27,356 nucleotides of DNA from a virus. Taxonomy: Duplodnaviria > Caudoviricetes. This document shows positions 1 to 9,656 of this stretch, piece after piece (within the stretch, counting starts at the first letter, position 1; the number at the start of each line of letters is the position of its first letter). Both the position numbers and the translations under genes were made by a program. The DNA is taken from IMG/VR virus record IMGVR_UViG_3300017909_001965, positions 1 through 27,356 of that record; one strand, 5' to 3'. The notes beneath the pieces were generated by a model. The model was not told the DNA's origin. It worked only from the letters and a program-made list of their open reading frames with translations, and did no database searches.

Positions 1-2449
1 CAAATATAGCCCCCGTACCACTAGGAAATACTGCTTGCATAAAATCAATAAGACCTACTTCGTCCTGTATTCTTCTTAAAGCATTATTGACTTCATAGTC
101 TCCAAAATCACTTTCTATAAATGCCTCAACAAAATCTCCTATGTTAGGAATATCTCCTGTATGTATATCAGTAACTATGTCTGACATACCTGCAAAAAAA
201 GTATCTTTAAATATTTCCACGTTCATTCCTAAAACTCTTGCAGTATTTTTAAATTGATTTTCTATTTTAGGCTCATTAGCCATTACTAATCCTTCTAATA
301 AACCTCCAGCTTCTTTATTTATAATTGCTTTTTTGCCACGAATAGTTTGACCTAAATTATCTATGTAGTTATCTATGGACCTAATAGTATCTTCCGTTGC
401 CCCTTTTTCCATCAAATCTTCTCTCATTATTTTTAATTGGTCTAAGTCTGCATTAGCTTTTTCTAACTCATTGACACCCTCTCCAATGTTTACAAGACCA
501 TTAGAAAATTCTTCCATAGCTCTATTCTTTTGACCTATCCTGTCAATAATTTTAAACACTGCTGTAAAAGCACCAATAGTAATTGCAATCTTTCCTAGTG
601 TTGCAACTACGCCAGCTAATGCTATTGTCACAGATTTTGCCGCAGCATTTAATCCTATTAAAGTTGCAGTAAATCCTTGTGTTCCTTTAATAGCTACCTT
701 ATTAGTTGCGTTATATTTTTTAACTGCGCCATCAATTTTATTTAAAAAGTTACCGGTTTCTCCAAATACTCCATTGGCTCTTAGGAATTGTAAGACAGTC
801 ATGTTTTGAGCTTGTGCTAGTTTCCTCAAATTAAGTATTGACTGCTGAGTATTTTTGTTGAATATTTGCATACCTCTGCCTATTTTTTCAACACCACCCA
901 TATTTTGTTTTCCTATTAAATCTTGTAAACCTTTATAAGAAGTACCAGCTACAGTTCTAGGACCACCCATAATATTTCTAAAAGGAGTTTGTGCTAAAAG
1001 TAATCTATCTGTTACTTTTTTTGTTGGGGTAAACATTAATTTTGTTTGCTCGGCTGTAAGACCTGAAACTCCAGTTCTTGCCATATTCAAAGCAGCTGTG
1101 TACTCTAATGTGTCTTTAGTCAAAGTATTAAATGCATTTTTTGCCGCAAATGGTACTAAAGCAAATGTACCAAAACCTGCTAATGACATCGTTAATTTTT
1201 GTAAAGCACCCAATGAATCATCACTTGCAGATGATATGTTAAGAAAAGCTTGAACTATAGCGTTTGTTGCTGGTAAAAACTTTTCACCATACACCAATGC
1301 AGTTTCATTTAATCTATTTCTTAATATTTGTACTTGTGAAGCTACAGTTTCATATCTTCTTTCTGCTTCAGTAGTAAGTGCATTATTTTCAATAAATTCT
1401 TGATTAGCCATTTGAAGAGCTTGTGTAACCAAACCTGTATTAGCTGCATCATCTGCTCTAGCTCTTGCTAAAGCCATGTAAGCTCTTCTACTTCTTATTT
1501 GGTCAAGACCTAGTTTTTCAAGAATTGCTATTGCATCTTCACCTCTAGATTCAGCATCGCCTAGTCCTTCAATGAATTGAGCAACAGCCATTGACGGGTC
1601 AATTTCAAAAAGCTCTTGGAATGCTTGAGCTGTAACTCCTGCTGTCCTAGCAACAAGTTCTAATTGAGAACCACCAGTATCTACTAATCTATCTAGTACT
1701 TGAATTAATCTAATAATTGCAGTTGAACCTGCTTGTGCTGGCTGACCTACGGCTCTAAGGGCAGTAGCAAAAGCTAACGCATCTACAGCTGGTTGATTAA
1801 AAGATGTTTGTAATCCAGCAGTAGCAGTTGCTATTTGTGTTGCTGCTGTAATGATTTCTGACTCAGTAGTTGCAAAGTTGTTACCTAGTTTTACAACTAC
1901 AGAAGCTAAGTTATCTATTTCATTAGCAGTTAAGTTAGTTATCTTTTGAAGTCTTGCTAAAGAGAGAGCAGCTTGTTCAGCACTAAGGTTTGTAGCGACT
2001 GTAAGTTTTTGTATAGTATCTGTAAACTTTACAATTTCTTCAGCCTGAATACCTAACTGTCCACCAACAGCAGCTATCTGTGTTAGTTCTGAAACTGCAG
2101 CAGGAGAGGATTTGGCAATATTTCTAAGCTGTTTAGCTATATTATCAAACGCTCTTTCTACTTGTTCTGCATCACCAGCAACATCTAATGTTTTCTTTAC
2201 GTCTGCAAATTGTTGTTCAAATACAACTGCTGCTCTAGCACCTATTGCAAATGCTGCACCTAATGCACCACCTAAACCTAATACAGAACCAGCAGTTAAT
2301 TTTTGTACAGCATTACCAGCCTGATTAACACGACTGGACATAAGTTGCATATTTCTTTCAACATCTTTAACAGCGTTGTTCATCGCTGCTTTGTCGAAAC
2401 CAACCTTCAGGGTTGTGTTGATTGTACCTGCTTGGAATCCCTTAGCCAT
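1..2449 (-). CDS. Tail tape measure protein, TP901-like (partial, runs off the window; missing from the ORF track)
   Basis: ATG at 2449 overlaps the upstream stop (TAATG). Translated by hand: MAKGFQAGTINTTLKVGFDK...AAVVFEQQFADVRKTLD...SELTQIAAVGGQLGI...VKFTDTIQKLTVATNLSAEQAALSLARL. The frame is still open at base 1 (not every intervening codon checked). It directly follows the tail chaperones. Confidence 0.93.
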   Translation of the reverse strand, partial: MAKGFQAGTINTTLKVGFDKAAMNNAVKDVERNMQLMSSRVNQAGNAVQKLTAGSVLGLGGALGAAFAIGARAAVVFEQQFADVKKTLDVAGDAEQVERAFDNIAKQLRNIAKSSPAAVSELTQIAAVGGQLGIQAEEIVKFTDTIQKLTVATNLSAEQAALSLARLQKITNLTANEIDNLASVVVKLGNNFATTESEIITAATQIATATAGLQTSFNQPAVDALAFATALRAVGQPAQAGSTAIIRLIQVLDRLVDTGGSQLELVARTAGVTAQAFQELFEIDPSMAVAQFIEGLGDAESRGEDAIAILEKLGLDQIRSRRAYMALARARADDAANTGLVTQALQMANQEFIENNALTTEAERRYETVASQVQILRNRLNETALVYGEKFLPATNAIVQAFLNISSASDDSLGALQKLTMSLAGFGTFALVPFAAKNAFNTLTKDTLEYTAALNMARTGVSGLTAEQTKLMFTPTKKVTDRLLLAQTPFRNIMGGPRTVAGTSYKGLQDLIGKQNMGGVEKIGRGMQIFNKNTQQSILNLRKLAQAQNMTVLQFLRANGVFGETGNFLNKIDGAVKKYNATNKVAIKGTQGFTATLIGLNAAAKSVTIALAGVVATLGKIAITIGAFTAVFKIIDRIGQKNRAMEEFSNGLVNIGEGVNELEKANADLDQLKIMREDLMEKGATEDTIRSIDNYIDNLGQTIRGKKAIINKEAGGLLEGLVMANEPKIENQFKNTARVLGMNVEIFKDTFFAGMSDIVTDIHTGDIPNIGDFVEAFIESDFGDYEVNNALRRIQDEVGLIDFMQAVFPSGTGAIF

Positions 2450-3122
2450 TATCTTCTCTTACTCATGTCCTTCATAAACTCATCTAAGCTTATAGTATCA
2501 CGAGGTCTATTCCTTCCTCGTATTCTATCTAGCTCCTTTTTCCACCAATTCTTAGGTGGTTCGTTTGAAGTATCGGAATATTCAGGTGTGTATTCTTCAT
2601 CGTTTAATATTGCAGAATACATTGGTCCATAAAAAGCAGACTTATCTATTGGTAGATAAGTTAACAGGACCATAAATTTTCTCCAGCTTAGAGATAGTGG
2701 AGATGGTACATTGTAGAATCTTTGAAAGTCAGCTTCTAAAGATGACCATCTAAAATAAATATCTCTAAAGGAGAAACTTATTTTGGGGAATCATCCCCTT
2801 CTGAATCCTCTGCTGTTTCCATTTCATTAGAAATACCATATTTGTCTAATAGCCAATTTAGTAATGATTCTAATTGTGGCCATGTAGCTCCATTCTCTAC
2901 AACCTCTTCTAAAGTCTTTTTACCTAGTAAAGATTCTAGCCATTCTGGTATAACTGAAGTTGGAACAACACCAGTTTCATCCATGTATCTCATTTGTGTA
3001 AGAATTACTCTTGCAGGTATTTGACCCGGTAACGAATATTGTTTACCACCTAATACGAACTCAAGTTCTTCTTGTGTATCTTCTTCGACATTCGCATCGA
3101 AGTCTTTATAATTGTCAGCCAC
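2449..3122 (-). CDS. Tail assembly chaperone, long (G-T) form made by -1 frameshift, about 224 aa
   Basis: The -1 frame is open from the slippery site and reads KISFSFRDIYFRWSSLEADFQRFYNVPSPLSLSWRKF, joining the 74-aa ORF 2449..2673 in frame. W..LEADF..Y...L.WR.F is typical of chaperone T segments. Confidence 0.85.
2778..3122 (-). CDS. Tail assembly chaperone, short (G) form
   Basis: 114-aa acidic ORF between major tail protein and tape measure, with AGGAGG RBS, GTG start and a slippery heptamer just before the stop. Confidence 0.85.
   Translation of the reverse strand: MADNYKDFDANVEEDTQEELEFVLGGKQYSLPGQIPARVILTQMRYMDETGVVPTSVIPEWLESLLGKKTLEEVVENGATWPQLESLLNWLLDKYGISNEMETAEDSEGDDSPK
2781..2787 (-). 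other. Programmed -1 ribosomal frameshift site C CCA AAA
   Basis: Minus strand reads TCC CCA AAA TAA, an X XXY YYZ heptamer in the correct frame at the canonical lambda G/GT position. Confidence 0.85.
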
Positions 3123-3151
3123 GCCGACCTCCTAGTTTATCCATTAATTTT

Positions 3152-3802
3152 TTAGTTAATATCGAATACTTCTGAGTCATTAGTATTATCAACAATTCTA
3201 AATAATTCTTGAAACTGTGACACAGATTTTGGTGCAAGCACTTTAAACTCAGTTGCGATAACAACTTTTTGAGGTGCTTTTTGGTGAGCCATTGAAAAAG
3301 CTCCAACGTTTATTGAACGTGGAATTTGAACATGTCTATCTGCACCTGCTGGTCCATCAACAATTAACAATAATGATTTCTCATCAAAGTCATCTGTTCC
3401 TGGAGGAGTGATTGCGTTGAACCCAGTCTCGTATCCATTAGAACCGTCACCAGTTGTGAGAGTTCCACCACCAAGAGCTATTTGTAAGTTAGCTTGTGAA
3501 GCTTGTGCAAGTTCACCAGTTAATCTTACCTCTTGAGCAGTTTTGAATGTAGCGATAGGGTCAATTTCTTCAGCGACCATGATATCTTCAAATGTTTTAT
3601 CCATTTCAAGAGTCCAGCCATCTTCAGAATATCCTACGTCGACCCATCCAGCAGCTGGGCTAGCCCATGCTCCTGAACCGTCGCCGCCTGGAAATGCTAC
3701 GTAATCACCAGATGAATTACCATCGTTAGCAATTGCTGCAACGTAAAGTACACCAGTACCGACAATAACTTCAGATATTGTACCGTTTGTTGTATTAGGC
3801 AT
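3152..3802 (-). CDS. Major tail (tube) protein
   Basis: 216 aa; motifs VIVGTGVLYVA and WVDVGYSEDGWTL; position before the chaperones; ACAGGAG RBS. Confidence 0.88.
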   Translation of the reverse strand: MPNTTNGTISEVIVGTGVLYVAAIANDGNSSGDYVAFPGGDGSGAWASPAAGWVDVGYSEDGWTLEMDKTFEDIMVAEEIDPIATFKTAQEVRLTGELAQASQANLQIALGGGTLTTGDGSNGYETGFNAITPPGTDDFDEKSLLLIVDGPAGADRHVQIPRSINVGAFSMAHQKAPQKVVIATEFKVLAPKSVSQFQELFRIVDNTNDSEVFDIN

Positions 3803-3815
3803 ATATTATCTCCTG

Positions 3816-4124
3816 TTATTCTTCTTCTACTTCAGTATCTTGCAAGACACTGCCATTTTCGGCAATCTCTTCTACGTCAGCTTCCCACGGAGCATCCTCA
3901 GCTTCATTGTCTTCCACTGGGGACTCTGAATCTGCTTCAATGAGTAAAGGATATGCTTTACCATCTAAGGTCCAAGTTTTTTCCTTTAGTCTTTTCCAAT
4001 CAGATTCTCCTATTTCCGCCCAATCATTCTGGTTAAACATTATGCCTGTTACTACATCTCTAGCTTGAGATTGCATAAACAAAGCATTCAGCTTAACCTG
4101 AAACTTCTTTTCTTTTTTTGCCAT
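3816..4124 (-). CDS. Hypothetical protein with acidic C-terminus, in tail module
   Basis: 102-aa ORF with AAGGAAAG RBS, co-directional in the late operon. Confidence 0.7.
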   Translation of the reverse strand: MAKKEKKFQVKLNALFMQSQARDVVTGIMFNQNDWAEIGESDWKRLKEKTWTLDGKAYPLLIEADSESPVEDNEAEDAPWEADVEEIAENGSVLQDTEVEEE

Positions 4125-4135
4125 AAGTTCTTTCC

Positions 4136-4618
4136 TTATACCGCTCTATACGTCATAGCTAAAGCGATTGAATACCTACCAAGACCAGTTGAGACTTCTT
4201 CAACCCTTGTAGGAAATTGAACAATGTCAAAACTATATATCTTAGCTCTAGTACTACTATCGCTTGTAGTTATATACCCATTAGCATAGTTGAAAGCTGA
4301 CTGAATCACGGCATTTGCTAAAGACATAGCTGTGCTGTAATCAGCAAAAGGTTTATCATTTCCAGAACCACCCCACCTTCCTGCATAACATTCCATTGGT
4401 ATTAATGCATTTTGTATATGTGCTTCGCTTCTTGGATTAATTAACGCTCCACCAGCTCTAAATAAAGTTAAAAATGGAAGTGCTGAACCTCTAGGTAATC
4501 TTGTCGCTATGTTAGTTCCTACAATATCAGTTATAGCTGTTTGTGATAAAGCCCATTGACGAGCAATTATTTCTGCGTCTGGTGGTACTTTTTGACTTTG
4601 GTCTCTTGTGTTTGACAT
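4136..4618 (-). CDS. Tail terminator/completion protein (SPP1 gp17/DUF3168-like)
   Basis: 160 aa; PDAE...ITDIVGTNIATRLP...PFLTLFRAGG pattern; synteny just upstream of the major tail protein. Confidence 0.75.
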   Translation of the reverse strand: MSNTRDQSQKVPPDAEIIARQWALSQTAITDIVGTNIATRLPRGSALPFLTLFRAGGALINPRSEAHIQNALIPMECYAGRWGGSGNDKPFADYSTAMSLANAVIQSAFNYANGYITTSDSSTRAKIYSFDIVQFPTRVEEVSTGLGRYSIALAMTYRAV

Positions 4619-4624
4619 AACTCT

Positions 4625-4630
4625 ATCTTA
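4625..4630 (-). promoter_or_regulatory. Putative -10 box of a leaderless transcript
   Basis: TAAGAT-agagtt-ATG (6-nt spacer) with no SD before the 4618 start. Confidence 0.45.
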
Positions 4631-7600
4631 CTCAAATAATGTTGGGTCTTCGGTATTCAAATCTCTTTCTGTATCAATAGTGTCATTAAATTTAATTGCG
4701 TTACCAGTTCTACCTGTTATGTAATTTCTTATATCTTCTGATGTAATATCTTTAGGATTACCATTAAATACTTCTCTAATTATTACTGCATTAAATGCTC
4801 TTCTTACATTTGAATTAAGTTGTACTTTTTGTAGTATAAATTCTAGTTCTCCCATTTGATTTGATGTTGCAGCTCTATTTACTTGTGCATCAACATATTT
4901 CTTTTGTTTTCTATAATCACCAACTGCTAGACCATAGTTACTTGCATCTCTCCTAGCAACTTGACCAGCATTAAAATTAGTTGTTCCTCCAAATCTTTCT
5001 GGTTGATTACTTCCATAATGTGTTCCTGGAGTTGATTTAGGTTTTTTACCTCTAATCTCCATAGCATTTACTGACCTACCTTGAGAATCTCTTAATCTAG
5101 CATTACGCAAAAAATTATCAGCAGACTTTTCTATTTCAGCAGCTGCTTCATAAAACATACCCTGTTGGCTCATTTCACCTCTTCTAACTTTTTCTGCCAT
5201 TTTTGCTATTTCTTTTGGTGCTATTGCATCCGCAAACCCATCTATATCAAAAAATATAGAACTTTGAGCACTACTAAATTCTGCATCTCTAATTGCGTCT
5301 TCTCTATTACCAGGTGGTAATTTGATAACCTTTTGTTGTCCTTTAGATTTATCTCTTCCTTTAAATCTGTGTGAGTATATACCCTGTTGTCTAATAGATA
5401 AACTAAGCTTGTCAATATAAGTTAATTGAGTTTCAATTAGAACTGCCATTTCTGCAGGTTGCAAGTTTAAACCAGAACCATCAGGACCCTTAGCTATAAA
5501 ATTTCTAACTATTCTTTGATTAGTTTTGTAAACCAATTCTTCAAGTTGCACATCATTAAGACCTAATGTTGCTTGCTGTTTTTTAAGTATAGGTCTTATC
5601 TTATCTTTCAAGTCCATATTTATTCCTTGCGCTTGAAGTTGTCTTGCTGTAGCACTCAACCCCATTTGGCTCATAAACTTTGGGTCGTCAGGTGATGGTT
5701 CTTGCAATATTCTTAAATCGTCATAAGGAGTTCCACCAGCTAATTCTGCTGTATCTGAACTTACTACACCTTGTCCTCTTGCTGTACCGTATCCTACACT
5801 TCTACCAAACTGAGGTTTGTAACCAGTAATTTCATATACCTGCTGACCGGACTCTTCAGTCAAAACTCTCACATCATATAAACTTATATCAGGCTCATCA
5901 TAGGTTCTTTGTCCTACCCTCATATCAAACAAATCTCTAAATTCATCAGGAGCATCATCAGGTCCGTAAAATCTGAACTCAGAATTTTTTCTTGCAGCCG
6001 TTTGTGCTGTTTTTATATCTATAGCTGGATTGCCTGTGTTCATTGGAGTAAAAGCACTTCTACTGTCTCTTACTCCTTTTGATAAATATCTACCGCCAAA
6101 TATACCATCGTCAATAGTGTCACTCAATATCTCTAGTGTATTGGAATCTACATTGTTCCTCATGACTGCACTCTTATCTAACATAAGCCTTCCATTAGAT
6201 ACAAGTGGATTACCATGTCTATCCTTTCTGCTTTTTGCATACAATTCTTCCATAATCTTATCTTGTCTACCAGAAGATTTGTAAGTAGAACCATGAAGTA
6301 AAGCATCATTATTACCGTCAAACTTTTTACCAAATTGTTTTATTTGTTCTGATGATACTGCTCCCACTGGTTTCTTAGCAGACATGTTGAGACCATATGC
6401 AGTAGCTGCTTTAAGTCCTGCATTATACATAAGTAAGCTAGGAGTGAATACAAAAGCATCAGTTCTATTGTGTAACCTTCCAGCTCTATCAGTAGCAGGT
6501 CCACCCATCTCTATTTGGAAAGCATCTCTAATAGCATCGTTAGTTTTACTCTGTGGTGTTCTACCACCAAAGGCAACATTGATTTCAAAAGTAGAATCTT
6601 TTTTAGTTGTATCTGCTTCTTGTACATGAATAGCAGATTGAATTTGTCTTCTATTAGGAATGAAGTTATGTCTCTGTGGATTGTCATAACTTGTAGCGGT
6701 ATGTGTTTTACCATGATGTTCGTAGGTCTTATTAGCAGCTCTAACTTTTCTAAATTCATTTTCTTGAAAAGTACCAAAGTTTCCTTTTACAGTTTGTCTT
6801 CCAACTACTTTATTTACAGTCTTAATTCTTCTACCTGTTTCATATCTATTAGTTTTACTTGTAGTTTTTGGTTCATAAAATCTAGCATCCATAGCTTCTT
6901 TTGGTGTTAAGTCTCCAGCAGTGATACTTTCTATAAAATCAGCTTCCATAATTACAGTCTCTGTACTTTGCTTAATTATGTTCGAAGTTTGACTAGATGG
7001 AAAGTGTCTTGTAAAAGTACCGTCATCATGCAGCTCATCTATGTAATTACTGTAAAAAGTTTTTGAGCCTACTTTTTTTCTTGTGTATCTTGCTTCACCT
7101 AATAACTCAGTCATATCACCTCTTAAGTACCTTGAGGCATCTGCTACTTTACCAATTTCAGTTGAGTCTAAACCTTTTTCAAAAGTATTCTCTAATATTT
7201 TATTTACAATACCTCCTAGTAATCTATTCCTATCTGTTTTGTATCCGCCAGCGATAGCACCTAAACCTGATATCTCCTCTGCATCTCTTAGTACTTCAGA
7301 GTTTAAAATGTTTACAGCAGTCTCTACTAGTTGCTCTTGATTCATAGTACTAAGCTCACCAAAAGCATAAGTAGCACCTGCCATAGTTTTAAATTCTTCT
7401 AAAACTTCGTCATGATTAAAACCTAAATCTATAACAGATGAGTTGTTAGCCTTAGCAAATTTTTCTGCTGCACTTCTATCTGTAAACCTTGTAGGCTTCA
7501 TTACTGTTGCACCATCTACAGTGGTTCCTCTTGCACTTAAAACACTATATTCTCTTCTTTGGTCTCTTACTGCATTTGCATCTATTACATTTCTTATATC

Positions 7601-8278
7601 CTCAGACTTCAACATAGAATCAATATCTTCAGGAGTATATTGTTGAAAAGATATTGCAGCTGCTACTCCTTCATCGTTATAGCTCAGACCATCTCTTGTT
7701 CTGCTTCTTCTTTCTAAAGCATAATAATCAGGAGCATCAGCTATAGCTATAGCCTGAATGGACCTTGCAACTTTATCTAAACCTATTTTATTTTGTCTAG
7801 CAGCTTTTTTGACTTCGTTATCTACTTTCTTAGCATCTAGTTGAAACTCACCAAGTATTATATTTCTTGCTGTAGCCTCCATTCTTTTTAGTCTTAAAGA
7901 TGAAAATCTACCAGCTACAACTCTTAAATACCTTCCACCTAAACCACCCATTCCAGTAGGCATAACAGAACCTATTGCTGCACCAACAGCTCTACCACCT
8001 ACTTGATATACCATTCTTCGTATAATACTTTCACTTCTCATACGACCAGATGGTTGTTTCAAAGCAGCAAAGTCCCTTCTTCTTTGTAGAAATTGATATG
8101 AAGCTGTTCTAACTGCTTTACTATCTATACCTGATGCTGCAGAAAATGTACCTAAGTTATATGCAAATCTATAACCTTTGTCATCAAAAGAAGGAGAATC
8201 TCTTAAAGATTTGTAAAGTTGAGAAGGTCTTGCTACAGAACCTCTTAAATCTGAAACAAGATTACCTAAGTAACCCAT
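4628..8278 (-). CDS. Giant 1216-aa virion-module protein in the HK97 gp10-like slot
   Basis: Long ORF between head-closure and tail-terminator genes. It shows separated gp10-like motifs at about aa 167-184 and aa 545-620. The CDS is certain; the product call is tentative. Confidence 0.6.
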   Translation of the reverse strand: MGYLGNLVSDLRGSVARPSQLYKSLRDSPSFDDKGYRFAYNLGTFSAASGIDSKAVRTASYQFLQRRRDFAALKQPSGRMRSESIIRRMVYQVGGRAVGAAIGSVMPTGMGGLGGRYLRVVAGRFSSLRLKRMEATARNIILGEFQLDAKKVDNEVKKAARQNKIGLDKVARSIQAIAIADAPDYYALERRSRTRDGLSYNDEGVAAAISFQQYTPEDIDSMLKSEDIRNVIDANAVRDQRREYSVLSARGTTVDGATVMKPTRFTDRSAAEKFAKANNSSVIDLGFNHDEVLEEFKTMAGATYAFGELSTMNQEQLVETAVNILNSEVLRDAEEISGLGAIAGGYKTDRNRLLGGIVNKILENTFEKGLDSTEIGKVADASRYLRGDMTELLGEARYTRKKVGSKTFYSNYIDELHDDGTFTRHFPSSQTSNIIKQSTETVIMEADFIESITAGDLTPKEAMDARFYEPKTTSKTNRYETGRRIKTVNKVVGRQTVKGNFGTFQENEFRKVRAANKTYEHHGKTHTATSYDNPQRHNFIPNRRQIQSAIHVQEADTTKKDSTFEINVAFGGRTPQSKTNDAIRDAFQIEMGGPATDRAGRLHNRTDAFVFTPSLLMYNAGLKAATAYGLNMSAKKPVGAVSSEQIKQFGKKFDGNNDALLHGSTYKSSGRQDKIMEELYAKSRKDRHGNPLVSNGRLMLDKSAVMRNNVDSNTLEILSDTIDDGIFGGRYLSKGVRDSRSAFTPMNTGNPAIDIKTAQTAARKNSEFRFYGPDDAPDEFRDLFDMRVGQRTYDEPDISLYDVRVLTEESGQQVYEITGYKPQFGRSVGYGTARGQGVVSSDTAELAGGTPYDDLRILQEPSPDDPKFMSQMGLSATARQLQAQGINMDLKDKIRPILKKQQATLGLNDVQLEELVYKTNQRIVRNFIAKGPDGSGLNLQPAEMAVLIETQLTYIDKLSLSIRQQGIYSHRFKGRDKSKGQQKVIKLPPGNREDAIRDAEFSSAQSSIFFDIDGFADAIAPKEIAKMAEKVRRGEMSQQGMFYEAAAEIEKSADNFLRNARLRDSQGRSVNAMEIRGKKPKSTPGTHYGSNQPERFGGTTNFNAGQVARRDASNYGLAVGDYRKQKKYVDAQVNRAATSNQMGELEFILQKVQLNSNVRRAFNAVIIREVFNGNPKDITSEDIRNYITGRTGNAIKFNDTIDTERDLNTEDPTLFE

Positions 8279-8280
8279 TT

Positions 8281-8628
8281 CTATTCTCTATATAATAAAC
8301 TTAAACTTTTGTAGTAAACTCCACCATCAAGTTTTCTACCTTCATTCACGCTGTTTATTTCGTAGTATCTACCAGTAGATGCTTCATATAATCTATCTGA
8401 AGCTTTTACATCTGTATCTCCAGGAACTATACAAGAAAAACTTTTTACAACTGTATTAGTACCCTGTCTTGCTTCTGTTTCTGATTGTAAATCTATTCTT
8501 GCAGGTACATTGTTAGAAGTAGTTGCCCAAGCATCTGCTTGATTACCTCTTTCATCGACAGTACTTCCAGAAACTCTTTGTACTGCTACTGAGTCTATTA
8601 AAAGCCTACGAGGAAAACGAGCTGGCAT
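8281..8628 (-). CDS. Head closure/stopper protein (SPP1 gp16-like)
   Basis: 115 aa; V.VQR....DERGN....W......PARI and DVKASDRL....YEI..V pattern; synteny. Confidence 0.85.
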   Translation of the reverse strand: MPARFPRRLLIDSVAVQRVSGSTVDERGNQADAWATTSNNVPARIDLQSETEARQGTNTVVKSFSCIVPGDTDVKASDRLYEASTGRYYEINSVNEGRKLDGGVYYKSLSLLYRE

Positions 8629-9284
8629 TATACAAAGAACTGCCTTCTAAATGGTGATAGTAATGTTAAATCACTAGCAGTTAATACAGTTGCAGCATTC
8701 AAAGCTAATCCACCAGGGTAACTAATTGAATAATCTCCTACTCTCTGACTATCTGATAAAACAAAATTCGAAACTGCAGAGCTTGATTGTCCTTGTATTT
8801 CTCCTGCTTCTTGTTGGGATGCAATTACTAATGTAGATTCTAAAATTCTTGCAGAAGCTCTTTCAGTAACTGATTTAAACTGAATTGGTAATTCAGGATT
8901 AGTACCTGAACCTCTTGCATAATATCCTGCGTTATAAACAACTGTAATGTTAAGTGGTCTAGCATAAGACCATCTAGTTCCTATTCTTGTAACTCTTCCA
9001 TTAGAGTATTTAACAAAGTCTTTTGAATTACCTTCTTCTAGTGTTGTATCATCTTCTGTTATTGATGTTATGGAATTAATAGGAAGATGTGTTAAAAATA
9101 TATCTTTTGTTTGGTCGCCAGTAAATGTCTCTGTTTGTGTAGCTTGTTCTACGTCATATCCGACATATTCTTTGATAGCAGCTTCAACTAATGGAATTAT
9201 GTTATTAGTTAAGTGTGTCTCTAAATCGGAGGATAGAGCAAACTGTACATAGTTTTCTACGTCAGAGGCTGTACAGAAAGCCAT
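8628..9284 (-). CDS. Head-tail adaptor (HK97 gp6/SPP1 gp15-like)
   Basis: 218 aa; MAFCTASDV start, LPINSITSI, VVYNAGY, VGDYSISY and LLSPFRR motifs; GGAGG RBS. Confidence 0.85.
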   Translation of the reverse strand: MAFCTASDVENYVQFALSSDLETHLTNNIIPLVEAAIKEYVGYDVEQATQTETFTGDQTKDIFLTHLPINSITSITEDDTTLEEGNSKDFVKYSNGRVTRIGTRWSYARPLNITVVYNAGYYARGSGTNPELPIQFKSVTERASARILESTLVIASQQEAGEIQGQSSSAVSNFVLSDSQRVGDYSISYPGGLALNAATVLTASDLTLLSPFRRQFFV

Positions 9285-9300
9285 AAGTTAGCCTCCTGTT

Positions 9301-9564
9301 TTATTTATCTTCTTTCTTGACTTTGGCAGCTTTATTTTCTACTGGCTCTTGAGCTTTAGCTTTTGCTGGCTCTGCTTTTTTAGCAGGAGCTTTCTTAGCA
9401 GGAGCTTTCTTTCCCCAACCTTGCTCTTTGAGCCAATCGGTTGGATACTCATGTCCAGCTTTTGCGATTAAGTCTGCTTGAGAAGTTGGTACCTCTGCAG
9501 CAGGTCCTTCCCAAATCTTTCCATCAGGGAGCTTCCAAATATTCTTTTCTGGTATCGTATACAT
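9301..9564 (-). CDS. Small protein with Lys/Ala/Pro (PAKK) repeat tail, post-capsid position
   Basis: 87 aa; contains KKAPAKKAPAKKAEPAKAKA. Confidence 0.75.
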   Translation of the reverse strand: MYTIPEKNIWKLPDGKIWEGPAAEVPTSQADLIAKAGHEYPTDWLKEQGWGKKAPAKKAPAKKAEPAKAKAQEPVENKAAKVKKEDK

Positions 9565-9579
9565 AATAATTATCCTACC

Positions 9580-9639
9580 TTACTTCTTACGCTTTTTAGG
9601 TTTTTTCTTTTTCTTAGGTTTGTACATTCCGTAGCCCAT
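9580..9639 (-). CDS. 19-aa poly-lysine micro-protein (MGYGMYKPKKKKKPKKRKK)
   Basis: Hand translation; ACAGGAG RBS as in other late genes; fills the gap in the late operon. Confidence 0.65.
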   Translation of the reverse strand: MGYGMYKPKKKKKPKKRKK

Positions 9640-9656
9640 AGTTCACTCTCCTGTGA

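Noticed and set aside
4628-8278. Virion RNA polymerase or second tape measure identity for the 1216-aa protein
   Set aside because: No DxDGD catalytic motif is present (FFDIDGF is insufficient), and the true tape measure lies at 1..2449.
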